From Octopus sinensis (taxonomy: Eukaryota), in assembly GCF_006345805.1 (NCBI RefSeq), contig NC_043015.1, forward strand, positions 31,186,001 through 31,250,000: DNA of 64,000 nt, read 5' to 3'. A program made the translations under genes and the position numbers. The first letter of the stretch is position 1. Each line of letters starts with the position of its first letter. Below, piece after piece: positions 1 to 12,421 of this stretch. Below the pieces are notes generated by a model. It did no database searches. It was not told the origin of the DNA and saw only the letters and a list, made by a program, of their open reading frames with translations.

Positions 1-764
1 AAGCTACATGTTGTAACTTCCTTGAATCGTGAGTCTGCATTACATGTGGATTTTAGCTCATGTGGTGATGGACAGACATGGAAATTTGCCAAGTCAGGCA
101 ACACATGGAAAAAGGATGCAAGCTGGTCTGAGCATATTAAACCCAAAAACAGGCAGCAATGAACAAGCCCCAGGAAACTTGAACAGGTGCAAAATGTCAC
201 CACCTATAAATTACGAGAGGGTTAAATCAGATACAGATTAATGTGTTTGAATACCTCAAGTTTTATGCAACAAGGTCCACCTTTTTTTCAATTTTTGTTT
301 TAAAAGTAAGCCTGTTGTATGTGGTGTGTGTGTCTGTGTGTCCCCACTCACCATTGCTTGGCAACCGGTGTTGGTGAGCTTACATCCCCGTAACTTAGCA
401 GTTCAGCAAGAGAGACCAATAGAATAAGTACCGGGCTTCACAAAAGATAAGTACTAGGGTTGAGTAATTCAACTAAAAATTGTTCGAGGTGGTGCCCCAG
501 CATGGTCACAGTCCAATGACTAAAGCAACTAAAAGATAAAAGATATGACAGGCTTCCACACAGTTTCTGCCAACCAAAATTCACTGACAAGGCATTGATT
601 GATCCAGGACAAGAGCAGAAAACACTTGCCCAAGGAGCAGCACAGTGGGATTGAACCTGAAGGCTCACGGTTGCAGAACAAGCTTCTTAACCACTCAGCC
701 ATGCCTGTTCCAGCATCTACACAATGATATTAATAATTTCTCATACAAAAACTGTATTTACTTT

Positions 765-1171
765 TTTACTCTTTTACTTGTTTCGGTCATTTGACTGTGG
801 CCATGCTGGAGCACCGCCTTTAGTCGAGGAAATCAACCCCAGGACTTATTCTTTGTAAGCCTAGTACTTATTCTATCGGTCTCTTTTGCCAAACTGCTAA
901 GCTACGAGGATGTAAACACACCACCATCGGCTGTCAAGTGATGTGGGGGGGGGGGGAACAAACAAACACACAAGCACACACACACACATATATATACATA
1001 CACATATATACGACGGGCTTCTTTCAGTTTCCATCTATCAAATCCACTCGTAAGGCTTTGGTTGGCCCAAGGCTATAGTAGAAGACACTTGCCCAAGGTG
1101 CCACGCAGTGAGACTGAACCCGGAACCTGATGGTTCATAAGCAAGCTACTTACCACACAGCCACTCCTGCT
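765..1171 (-). mobile_element. tRNA-derived SINE family A (CORE-like), full length
   Basis: Head with A box TGGCTGTGTGG and B-box-like GGTTCAGTC, the motif ACCTTGGGCAAGT, an internal (TA)/(TG) tract and an (AGTAAAAG) tail. Many copies in the window. Confidence 0.88.
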
Positions 1172-2184
1172 CAATTTTTATTATATTCTGAGTTCAAACT
1201 CTGCCAGAATCAACTCTGATTTTTACTCTCTTGGGGGACGATTAAAGTTTTGCAGCCATGCAGTCACCAATTCGATCAGATATGCATACATAGATACACA
1301 CCCCTACAGAAATGTTGGCCGACAGCCAATGTTTTGTTTTAAAAACCAAAATTAATTCCTATATAGGCAATAAACAAAAAATGCCGATATAGCAACAACA
1401 ACAACAACAACAACAACTACAACAACAATAACATCGCCAATAATGATAAACAGCATAAACAACAGAGTCTGCCATTTGCCCAGCTATCCTTATCACATAT
1501 TCGGAAACTGATCAATCGACTCCATACTTCGAAATAGTTTGAGAGTATTGCTTTTGTTTTTTTTTATTGCGAAAACTTTCGCTGCAATACAGAACTATCC
1601 TTCTGCTACCACATGCATGTGCATGCACACACACATGCATATACACACATGCACACAAAACCAGCCCCCTGTCACCACACACACACACACACACACTCAC
1701 AGAGTGTTAGTACAGACAGCTTTTAATATGCAGCAAAGAATCCTTTCGCTCGCAAACATGGCTGAAGGCATTCAACATACTTTATCCACAGAAGTGCCGG
1801 CACCAACACCGACAACAACACCAACACCAACACCGGCACCAACACCGGCACCGGCACCGGCACCGACACCACTGCCACTGCTACCACCATCCAGTGCATA
1901 TTGTTTCTTGCGGCCAATGGAATCTCTCTGGTTCTCATATTCCAGTGCGACAGACCATAGTCTTTGCATGGATTGGCTGCACTCTTGTTTACTGCGTCAG
2001 TGCACTTGAGACACTACTACTACTACTACTATTGGTGGTGGTATAATTATTATTATTATTATTATTATTGTTATTATTATTAGTGGTGGTGGTGGTGGTA
2101 TGGGTGTTGCCAACCAACAATACTTGTACATTGCTTCAGTGCACATTCACTACTTGCTTTAACCAGCATAACAATAAAAATATT

Positions 2185-2280
2185 TGATGATGGTGGTGAT
2201 GGTGGGGATGATAATGGTGGTGGTGATGATGATGGTGGTGGTGATGGTGATGATGATGATGGTGATGATGGTGATGATTA

Positions 2281-2312
<32 letters not shown>

Positions 2313-2430
2313 ATGATGGTGATGATTATGATGATGATGATGATGATGATGATGATGGTGATGATGATGGTGATGGTGATGATGATGGTGATGATTATGA
2401 TGATGATGATGATGGTGGTGATGATGATGG

Positions 2431-2472
<42 letters not shown>

Positions 2473-2630
2473 GGAGGAGGAGGAGGAGGAGGAGGCTAAT
2501 GATTGCAACAATAATGATGGCACTGATATGATGATGATGATGATGACAAGGACAACAACAGTGAGGTTGATGATGATGATGGTGGTGGTGGTGAGTAGTG
2601 GTGGTGGTGGTGTAGTGGTGGTGGTGATTG
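2185..2630. repeat. Compound (GAT)n/(GGT)n/(GAG)n microsatellite
   Basis: Direct reading. It explains the Met/Val/Ile-rich ORFs. Confidence 0.97.
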
Positions 2631-3119
2631 ATCAGAAGGATGAAAGGAATAACAATCATGATGATAGTGTTGATGATCATACTGCTGATGATCAACAACA
2701 ATCCATCACTGTTATGATGACTATGATGATGATGATGACGATGATGACGACAATGCTGGCGATGAATTATTTATTTTGCCAGAAGTTTGCCAAAGGGAAC
2801 ACCATTACAAAAATGAAACAAGAATACAATCAAGGAAAAGAGGTTACAGAGATTAGATTAAAAGGAAAAAAAAGAAAAACTCTTTTCTAATTGTGACAAT
2901 GACAATATTGGCGGGGTGGTGGTGGTGGTGGTGGTGGTGGTGGTGGTGCCGACAAACGACAATGACATTGATAACGGAATAATGGTGAGGATGACAACAT
3001 GGCGGTGGTGGTGTTGGTGGAGGTGGTGGTACCCATCACAGAAGGATGAAAGTAAAAGCTGACCCCGTAGCAAGATGTGAGTGTAGAGTATAAAAAGAAT
3101 GTAACTAAATACCACCAAT

Positions 3120-3525
3120 AATAACGGGGTTTCAAATTTTAGCCCAGGGCCAGCAGTTTTTGAGAAAATGGAGTAAGTTGGTTACATCGACTCCAGTACT
3201 TGACTGGTACTTATTTTTAATCAGCTCTGAAAGGACGAAAGGGCAAAGTCGACCCCGGTAGAATTTTAACACAGAACACAAAGACAGACAAAATGCCGTT
3301 AAGCAGTTTCAAATTTTGGCACAAGGCCAGCAATTTCAGGGGGAGTGGTGAGAAGTCGATTTCATCAACTCCAGTGTTCAACTGGTATTAATTTTGTTAA
3401 CCCCGAAAGAGCAAAAGGCAAAGTCAACCTTGAGAGAATTTGAACTCGGAATGTAAAGTTGAAAGAAATTCCACCAAGCATCTTGTCCGGCATGCTAACA
3501 ATTCTGCCAGCTCGCTGCCTTGATA
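3120..3525 (-). mobile_element. Older family B variant (GGTTTCAAATTTTGGCACAAGGCCAGC tail), two tandem pieces
   Basis: Related decayed copies lie at about 5740-5900, 13030-13440, 46420-46600, 46905-47110, 56160-56600 and 58730-58900. Confidence 0.7.
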
Positions 3526-3627
3526 ATTCTAACCAGAAAATTGATGATGATGATGATGAGATGATTTCTTAAACTGGCCTATGGCTACAAATTAGGCATC
3601 AATTAATAAATCAACTCTAGCATATTA

Positions 3628-4165
3628 CTGCTAGCGCCGCCCCAACTGGCCTCGTGCCGGTGGCACGTAAAAAGCACCATCCATTCGTGGCCGTTGCCAG
3701 CCTCGCCTGGCCCCCGTGCCGGTGGCACATAAAAAGCACCATCCGATCGTGGCCGTTTGCCAGCCTCGCCTGGCCCCCGTGCCGGTGGCACATAAAAAGC
3801 ACCATCCGATCGTGGCCGTTTGCCAGCCTCGCCTGGCCCCCGTGCCGGTGGCACATAAAAAGCACCATCCGATCGTGGCCGTTTGCCAGCCTCGCCTGGC
3901 CCCCGTGCCGGTGGCACATAAAAAGCACCATCCGATCGTGGCCGTTTGTCAGCCTCATCTGGCACCTGTGCCGGTGGCATGTAAAAACCACCCACTACAC
4001 TCACGGAGTGGTTGGCGTTAGGAAGGGCATCCAGCCATAGAAACACTGCCAATCAGACTGGAGTCTGGTGCAGCCTCCTGGTTTCCCAGACCCCAGTTGA
4101 ACCGTCCAACCCATGCCAGCATGGAAAACGGACGTTAAACATGATGATGATGATGATGATGATGA
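3628..4165 (+). mobile_element. Family C: RTE-associated 3'-UTR/SINE-like element with a (GAT)n tail and an internal 63-bp tandem repeat
   Basis: GGAGTGGTTGGCGTTAGGAAGGGCATCCAGC...GGACGTTAAAC(GAT)n. 63-bp units start at 3711, 3774, 3837 and 3900. Confidence 0.85.
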
Positions 4166-4894
4166 ATCCTGGAAGGATAATAAAAGCAACAACAACAACA
4201 GCACTGTAAGCTGTCTTTTCAGTAGTTCCGGCTTTTGCTATGACTAATGATTAATGGAAGTGGATAAGTAGAGAGGGGGGGTCTAGTATTGATAAGGATG
4301 ACACAGTCGAGGAACATTCATGAACCAAGGAGATATCTCTAATGAGGATGTTTACAAAAGAGATACAATGAGGTGACATCTTTCATTCTATTAATGGAAA
4401 TTTGGGAACATTTCAAAATATCACTTTTACATGAAGAATTGGTCTTGGAACAATGGCAGTCGTTCAAATAACAAAAACTCTGTAGAGTTTTGAGAAAGAT
4501 TTTCTATCCCAACTCCTTTCAAGGGTTACGATATAACAAGAGACATACAGACAGACAAATAGTGTGGTGATGGTCGTGGGAAACTGGGCAAAATCAAAAT
4601 AAGGGCTAAGGCATGATGTAAAATGAAGTAAAAATATGACAGGGATCGGGGAGAGAAAAAAGTTGCAGTTTGCTGAGGCCTCTAGCAGAACAGAACTTGC
4701 TTAGATCCTTTGTAAGGAATACATTTGCATAGACAAAGGTATGTGTATATGTGTGTGTGTGTGTGTATACATACAATCATATATATGTATGCATACATGT
4801 GTGTGTGTGTATCTATCTATATACAGAGACAGACAAACAAACAAACAGAGGTATACATATAAGGAGAGAAATATATATATATATAGATAGGTAG

Positions 4895-4925
<31 letters not shown>

Positions 4926-5384
4926 GATAGATAGATATAGATATTTATATAGACAGAGATAAATATCTATATAGAGGTAGGTATACATTTGTGTAGACAG
5001 AGATAAATATCTGCAGAGACACAGGCAAAGATCAGTATAAACACAAAACCCAGCATAAATTGAGATAAAGCACAATTTAGGTTTAAAAAAAGCTCGGTAT
5101 AAGCTGAGAAAAAACCAATTTATTTTTTTCAATATGGTGTGTATATAATGGTTTGATTTCCGTGTGTGTGCACGTGCATGCATGCATGCACATGAGTGTG
5201 TGCATGTATGCATGTATGTTTAATGGTTCAATTTCTATGATGTTTAATTGAAGCAATGCATAAATTGCGAGAGAGAAAGCCAAGGCTGAAGGGGAACTTA
5301 GTCCAGGCCATAAGCAAAACCTTGCATTAGTTGAGGCAGCGTATTTAAAGAAAATACAAAACTTCATTATAAGTTAAAACACAA

Positions 5385-5697
5385 AGAAAATTACGGAGAT
5401 GTACTTGCATAGCAAGTGATTTGATCTGAGATTGTGTGCTGAAACGAAAACAATTGCAGCGTGGAAGGTGTTTGTAAGCCATTTAAGAAACACACAAAAG
5501 CCGTTCGATGCACTTCAACATTTAAGTTTAATTTGTCAAAATATTTTCGTCACTTTGAGACCACAACCTGTTCACTGACAAAAATCCGTGGTCGCGGTCT
5601 TAAAGCGACGAAAATATTTTGACAAATTAAACTTAAATGTTGAAGTGAATCGAACGGCTTTTGTGTGTTTCTTAAATGGCTTACAAACACCTTCCAC
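5385..5697. repeat. Fold-back interspersed repeat with about 100-bp inverted arms (5461-5697), possibly Penelope-like
   Basis: GTGGAAGGTGTTTGTAAGCC...CGTCACTTTGAGACC pairs with GGTCTTAAAGCGACG...GGCTTACAAACACCTTCCAC. A second family member lies at 47881-48158. Confidence 0.85.
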
Positions 5698-6225
5698 AAA
5701 GAACAAAGCCTCAAATTTGGAGGAAGAGAACAAGAATTTATATCAACTCCAATAGTTGACTGGTACTTTATTTTATTGGACCCAGAAGGGTGAAAGACAA
5801 AATTAACCTCAAAAAAATTTGAACTCAGAACATAAAGATTGGGAACATATATACTAGAATACATTTTGTCCGGTGTTAGCCTAAGTGAACTTATCAAAAA
5901 AGAAAGAAAATAAAGAAACATTTTACAAATACATTGAATGACGGGGAAATAAATGCTGCTTGGTTTTTATGGAAATAAGGAAGTAATTATGAATTGGCAT
6001 AAATATAAGAGAATAATTGGGGGGTCTAAAGAGAGCTGTAATTCAGAGCAAAACATCGTTTATCTACAATTTTCAACAACAATTTTCTACTCATATAACT
6101 TCATTAACAAAGCTATTACATTGGTTAACTAACTATAAACTAAGCCTAAGAAAAGTCCTGAATGCCCCACACCCTTCATTTAGAGCAGAAAAAGAAAAAG
6201 GGGGAGCTTAGGACTCGTTGTTTAC

Positions 6226-6463
6226 TTAGTTAGTTAGTTAGTTAATTTTTTGGCTCAAAAAGCAAGGCCATGTGGGGGGACATGGAGTTATGTACAGGGT
6301 GGTGTTCATGCAAAGAGTTCAGGCCACTTGTGGTCAAGGGAGACTTTGAACCGAGCGGTCATCGGCATCTTCACCATCTCGTCCGGCAGCTTATTCCACG
6401 GATCCGCAACCCGGACGGAGAAAGCCCCTCTCCTTCGATTGAGATGAAATCGTCGCAGATAGA
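6226..6463 (-). mobile_element. CR1-like LINE 3' end, second family, (TAAC)n tail
   Basis: RRFHLNRRRGAFSVRVADPWNKLPDEMVKMPMTARFKVSLDHKWPELFA*. Near-identical copies at 20564-20744 and 40658-40795. Confidence 0.85.
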
Positions 6464-6619
6464 ACAGTTATTACACCCATTCTCGAAACTAACATGAACC
6501 AATGAGATTTTGTCCCAACTTGCTAAAAATAGCAGCAGGAATTTATCCTAACCACTAAGCAGATGGTGCTGTACACTGCAGCAATTTAGCCGCTGAAGGT
6601 AGGACTAAAAGCTGGTTGT

Positions 6620-6810
6620 TGTGAGGACATCCACCAAGTATTGGTGACCAGCACTACCAAAAGCTTTCACCTGAGCCCCACCCATGCCAAGTTCCTTACT
6701 CATGCTCTCTATGATATAGCATGTTTGTGCATCATCGATAAAGTTACCAACACAAGTGCCAATTTTTTTGCTAACACCTTGGCCAAAATCTTGAGATCTG
6801 CAGAGTGATA
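6620..6810 (-). mobile_element. L1/Tx1-like reverse transcriptase fragment
   Basis: With one frameshift: ADLKILAKVLAKKLAL.VGNFIDDAQTC..., resembling DYKILAK.LA.RL..V...I..DQT. Confidence 0.65.
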
Positions 6811-6885
6811 GGCTAAAAATGATCAATGTGGAACCCAGAACCATGTGGTTGGTAAGCAAGCTACTTACCACAGTAGTAGTATTTC

Positions 6886-6931
<46 letters not shown>

Positions 6932-7289
6932 TCAGACACTATCACAAAAACACACATTTGGGTGCAGTTGATTAAATCGATCCCCAGTACATAACTAGTA
7001 CTTATTTTACCAACCCTCAAAGGAAGAGAGGCAAAAATTGAACCCAGTTGGATGAGAATACAGGAAAAAAAAAAACAAATATTAATGATAACAATTTATG
7101 GAAGGAAAACAACAACTGAAAATAAGAATTGATAAATTGAAAGAGGAAAAAAAGTCTACTTTGGTTATATTTTAATTAAAATGTAATTTTTCCCTGCAAG
7201 GTCTTACCCAACTGCCGATATATCAATAAACGACCAACATACATCATGAAATATTCAAATAAATAATATATGCACACACCCATATTTTG

Positions 7290-7292
7290 TGT

Positions 7293-7336
<44 letters not shown>

Positions 7337-7594
7337 CATGTGTGTGAATGTGAACATGTGTGTGTGTGTGTATATATGTGTGTGTGTGTGTGTGCATGTG
7401 TGTGTATGTATGTGTGTGTATATATGTGTGTGTGTATATATATGTGCGTGTGTGTGTGTGTGTGCGCACGCGCATGTGTGTGTATATATATATATATATA
7501 TACCCACATAGAAAACAAGTCATTATGTGTGTGTGTGTGTGTATATATATGTGTGTGTGTGTATGTGTGTGTGTATGTGTGTGTGTGTGTGTGT

Positions 7595-7633
<39 letters not shown>

Positions 7634-7710
7634 ATATATAATATATACATACACACACATACACATTGGGGAAATTGAATCATTATACACACACACACAC
7701 ACACACACAA
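7290..7710. repeat. Compound (TG)n/(TA)n microsatellite
   Basis: Direct reading. Confidence 0.97.
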
Positions 7711-7894
7711 TATTGGAAAAAAGACTATTGGATTTGTGCCAAATTAGAATTCCTTGAGCACATAAATCACTGGATTTCCAAGACACCAGAACATTTCTTC
7801 TCACAGACATTCCTCAGTTTTTCTTCGTTTTTGGATTTATTAACTTTCAAACAAAAACCAATATTTAAATATATAAAAATAAATGTATACATAT

Positions 7895-8281
7895 TTTATC
7901 TTGCACTTGTTTCAGTCACTGGACTGTGGCCATGCTGGGGCACCACCTCGAAGGGTTTAGCCACACAAAATTAACTCAGTGCATATTTTTTTTAAAGTCT
8001 GGTAGTTATTCTATCAGTTTCTTTTGCCAAACTGCTAAGTTACAGGGATGTAATCAAACCAATGCCAGTTGTCAAGCAGTGGTGGGAGATAAAGACAGAC
8101 AGACAGACAGACAGACACACAATGGGTTTCTTTTAGTTTCTGTCTACCAAATCCACTCACAAGGCTTTGGTCAACCCAGGGTTATAGTAAAAGACACTTG
8201 CTCAAGATGCTGTGCTGTGGGACTGAACACAAGACCTTATGATTGGGAACCAAGTTTCTTAATCACAGAACCACACCTGCA
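7895..8281 (-). mobile_element. SINE family A, diverged
   Basis: Colinear with 765-1171. Confidence 0.75.
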
Positions 8282-8375
8282 TTGCATATGCACGTGTGTG
8301 TGTGTGTGTGTGTGTGCGTGTGTGTGTATGTAAGACATGTATCAAACAGAAAGGAAACGGTATCTGTAGTTTAAA

Positions 8376-8600
8376 TACCTATTTCTTTACTACCCACAAG
8401 GGGCTAAACATAGAGGGGACAGACATAGGTATTAAGTTGATTACATCGACCCCAGTGTGTAACTGGTACTTAATTTATCGACCCCGAAAGGATGAAAGGC
8501 AAAGTCGACCTCGGTGGAATTTGAACTCAGAACGTAACGACAGACGAAATACCGCTGAGCATTTCGCCCGGCGTGCTAACGATTCTGCCAGCTCTCCGCC
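8376..8600 (-). mobile_element. SINE family B (Deu/Nin-domain-like), full length
   Basis: tRNA-like head with GAGTTCAAATTCC. The core GCCTTTCATCCTTTCGGGGTCGATAAATTAAGTACCAG resembles the recalled Deu/Nin domain. 3' end AAAGAAATAGGTATTT. Confidence 0.85.
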
Positions 8601-8829
8601 ACCTTATCCAAAAAGCATTTCAGGGAATCACCAGAAACTTCAGAGTAAAGTAGGGGCCTAAAAATCTTTGAGAGTGAACTACAAGAGCACAACTGAAGAC
8701 TTCATCTTCTTCAAAGTGATGATTGAAGAGAAGATGCACTGCCTTACCGGTTTCATGCCCTTGATAAGATTCGATTTCAGTACCTCAGGCCAACAAACTA
8801 TCCCTTAATTACACAGTGTCTTTTGCTAT

Positions 8830-9224
8830 AGGTGCAGGCATGGGTATGTGGTAAGAAGCTTGCTTCCCATCCACAGGATTCTGGGTTCAGTCCCACTGCG
8901 TGGCACCTTGGGCAAGTGTCTTCTACTATAGCCTCGGGCTGACCAAAGCCTTGTCTGTGGATTTTGTAGAAGGAAACTAAAAGAAGCTAGTTGTGTGTGT
9001 GTGTGTGTGTGTGTCTTTGTGTCTATGTTTGTCCTCTTACTACTGCTTGACAACTGGTGTTGGTGTGTTTTCATCCTTGTAACTTAGAAGTTCGGCAAAG
9101 GAGACTGACAGAATAAGTACCAGACTTAAAAAAAAGAGAAAAAAATAAGTACTGGGATCAGTTCATTCAACTAAAAATTTTTCAAGGCATGGCTGCAGTC
9201 CAATGAGTGAAGCAAGTAAAAGAT
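8830..9224 (+). mobile_element. SINE family A
   Basis: GGTTCAGTCCCACTGCGTGGCACCTTGGGCAAGTGTCTTCTACTATAGCC through to the tail. Confidence 0.85.
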
Positions 9225-10280
9225 ACACTTAGGATGAGTGTCTTCTTGACAATTATGTGGACTGGGTGGACTTTGTTATAGACACACTGTCAATGACAGG
9301 ATTGACAACACACATTGTTAGGGGGGTAAGTACTGGTACTTATCCAGTGTTTTAAATCTGGGTTTTGTCTCGGTTAGTAAGGGTGCAGTTATTGTACTTT
9401 TATAAATTAAGGTCCACAAGAAAGAAAAAAATGAAAAAAACAGAAATCAAAGAAACAAAAAAAAGGAGTTTCTTTTACCATCTAATTCAGGAAAACATTA
9501 ACAGAGAAGAAAAGTTGGGAGGATTTAATCAATATCTGAAGAACATAAGTGAAAATAAAGAAATTGAGAGACTAGTAACTCAATAAAGTTACTAGTCAAT
9601 TAATACTTCATTGGTAAATCTTTTATCAGATCGGGAACAATGAAAGGCAAAAGTCTACAACAGCAAGTTTTGAACTCAAAATTTAAAAGGTTGTAACAAT
9701 ACCACAAAATCATATTTAATTAACACCATTGATACTAGGATCAGTAGCATTCTGAACAAAATTACCTGATGGTCAAGCCTGTAGCAGTGGAGACCTCCAG
9801 GGTTCTTGGCCTCAGACCATATCCCAGCTCACTGCTATTATGGAGGGGACGGCTGTCTGCAAGCCACATGAATCAGGGTGACTGTTCCAGGAGATCTCCC
9901 TCAGAATCTTCAAGAGCAACACCCTTTCTATTTTGTCTGCTGGGACCACGAGGCAGTCTGACTTAAAGGAAACTACGTTCCACTCCTTAATGTAAAGTTA
10001 TTCCATAAATATTTATATAAGTATTTCTATTTAAAACAAAATTTACCACCAAACTTTACCTTTCATATTTAATGAGTTTGTACTGGGTTACCAAGACAAA
10101 ATGATCTGGCGTCTACATTATAAATACTTCTTCGCTCTATGAATAGCAAAATCAGTAGAGCAGAAGACAAAATGTTTTATAGTACTTAGTTACATCTCTT
10201 TCAGTTCTGAGTTGAACTCAAGGCAAGTGTCATTTTGCCCTTCAGACTGCCATGAGGCTTCATAAAATAAAAGCCACTTA

Positions 10281-10426
10281 AATACTTATTTCTTTGCTAC
10301 CCACAAGGGGCTAAACACAGAGGGGACAAACAAGGACAGACAAACGGATTAAGTCGATTATATCGACCCCAGTGCGTAACTGGTACTTATTTAATCGACC
10401 CCGAAAGGATGAAAGGCAAAGTCAAC
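10281..10426 (-). mobile_element. SINE family B, 3' half, fused to the maT relic
   Basis: Consensus 3' half ending at GGCAAAGTCAACC, where the transposase sequence begins. Confidence 0.85.
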
Positions 10427-10842
10427 CAGGACTCTGCACCATACCACACAAGCAGGAGAACCCAGTCATGGCTGTCAGATAATTTCTGTGACCACATCAC
10501 CCCTAACGTTTGTCCACCTAACTCATCAGACTGCAACCCACTTGATTATTATGTGTGGGGTTCAGTTGAGTGAGAGACCAACGAAACTCCTTGTTATACC
10601 AAAGATGAACTGAAGGCAAGGATTATGGCAGCATTCACCAACTTAAACAAGGAGACCATCCAGAAGAGTTGCAGGAGATTCCGAAGTCGTCTGGAGGCCA
10701 TGGTTGAAGCCAATGGCGATTTTTATTGAATATTTACTCTTTAGTATTTCAAGATACTTTTATGTAATTTTGTAAATATATCTTTTAAAATGAGATGTCA
10801 GTTTTTTTTTAATTTTGCGTATTTAGACAATATGTTCACCAC

Positions 10843-10848
<6 letters not shown>
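10427..10848 (+). mobile_element. 3' remnant of a Tc1/mariner-superfamily (maT/DD37D-like) transposon
   Basis: Translates QDSAPYHTSRRTQSWLSDNFCDHITPNVCPPNSSDCNPLDYYVWGSVE*ETN..DELKARI..SCRRFRSRLEAMVEANGDF, a degenerate WPPNSPDxNPLD motif. Ends CACCC-TATA next to a (TA)n tract. Confidence 0.85.
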
Positions 10849-10915
<67 letters not shown>

Positions 10916-11594
10916 ATATATATATATATATATATCATATAGATAGATATATATACGGGTTGTGTGTGATTGTGTATAGAAGAATATATTAAAAAGGAAT
11001 TCCAACCTTGTCTGATTTTCACGTTTTATTTAAAATCTTATAATGATATAAGATAATATAATAAAAAAATAAAATAAAATAATAGAATGTTAAATGTTCA
11101 TTCTGATTGAACTAGTACTTTCATGCATTAAATTCTGCAATCTTCAGGTTCATGTAGTAGTGGTGACAGTCATGCTTCACAATTTTTGACTGTGTATATA
11201 TATATATATATATAGACATATCTATACATGAGGGGGCTTCTTTCAGTTCCCATTATCAAAGTCTACTCACAAGGCTCTGTTCAGTCCAGGGCTGTAGTAG
11301 AAGACACTTGCCCAAGGTCTACACAGTGGGACCATGGACCATGTGTTTGGAAAGCGAACTTCTTACTACACAATCACAACTTCACCTATATATTAAATAG
11401 CATTTTCCAGAAAACATTACTATTATTAGCCTCCTCATCATTATTATAGCTAAGTACATAACCATACATACACACACACACATATATATATGTATGTATT
11501 ATATATATATAATATATATATATAGAGAGAGAGAAGAGAGAGAGAGAAAGAGACCCATATATACATTCATATACAAATATATATATATATATAT

Positions 11595-11634
<40 letters not shown>

Positions 11635-12063
11635 CCATATATACATTCATATACAAATATATATATATATATGCCTATATATGTATATATACAGATATCT
11701 AAATACACGTAGATATATGCATATATTCATACAGATTAATTTATACTAAAAGTACAATACAGGAACGGAAAAAAAAAACCTTATTGCACCAGTAATTAGT
11801 TTTATTTATATTCATATCAGTTTTCTATTTCTTTTTCTTTTTCTTTTCCATTTTCTGTTTTTTGATTAAGACACATTTCTTCATAATTAGTTTCTCAGTG
11901 ACTGCCCACTTGTGAGGATACTTTGCAAACCCATCATTACATACATAATAATCACACTCTGCTTTTGTATTCAGGACGCTCTCCTCTTGTTTGTAAATTC
12001 AACATACACACACACACACACACCTATATAATATACATATATAATATATATTATATATATATG

Positions 12064-12121
<58 letters not shown>

Positions 12122-12173
12122 GTATATATAATATATGTGTGTGTGTGTGTGTGTATGTTTGAATTTACAAATA

Positions 12174-12273
12174 NNNNNNNNNNNNNNNNNNNNNNNNNNN
12201 NNNNNNNNNNNNNNNNNNNNNNNNNNNNNNNNNNNNNNNNNNNNNNNNNNNNNNNNNNNNNNNNNNNNNNNNN
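12174..12273. other. Assembly gap (100 N)
   Basis: Run of 100 Ns, typical of a placeholder gap of unknown size. Confidence 0.99.
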
Positions 12274-12421
12274 ACCACCCCGGGGACACAGAAATGCACC
12301 TAATGATGCAATAGAAATGCACATGGAACTGTCCAAAATATAAGCAATAATAACAACAACAATAGTTTTTGATTTAAGCACAAAACCAGCAATTTTTTAG
12401 GGGAGAGAATTAGTCTATACC

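Noticed and set aside
2159-2890. Long ORFs rich in Met/Val/Ile/His
   Set aside because: They are translations of trinucleotide microsatellites, with no splice or homology support. The same applies to the poly-HT/VC/YI ORFs elsewhere.
3603-4052. ORFs with 21-aa repeats in several frames
   Set aside because: They result from the 63-bp tandem unit inside a family C repeat being a multiple of three.
6605-6871. ORF with a protein-like stretch (DFGQGVSKKIGTCVGNFIDDAQTC...)
   Set aside because: Better explained as a frameshifted Tx1/L1 RT relic fused to a SINE head.
9773-9960. GC-richer stretch ending in a minus-strand CAG|GTAATT donor
   Set aside because: Stops in all three frames within about 100 nt, and no DGK similarity.
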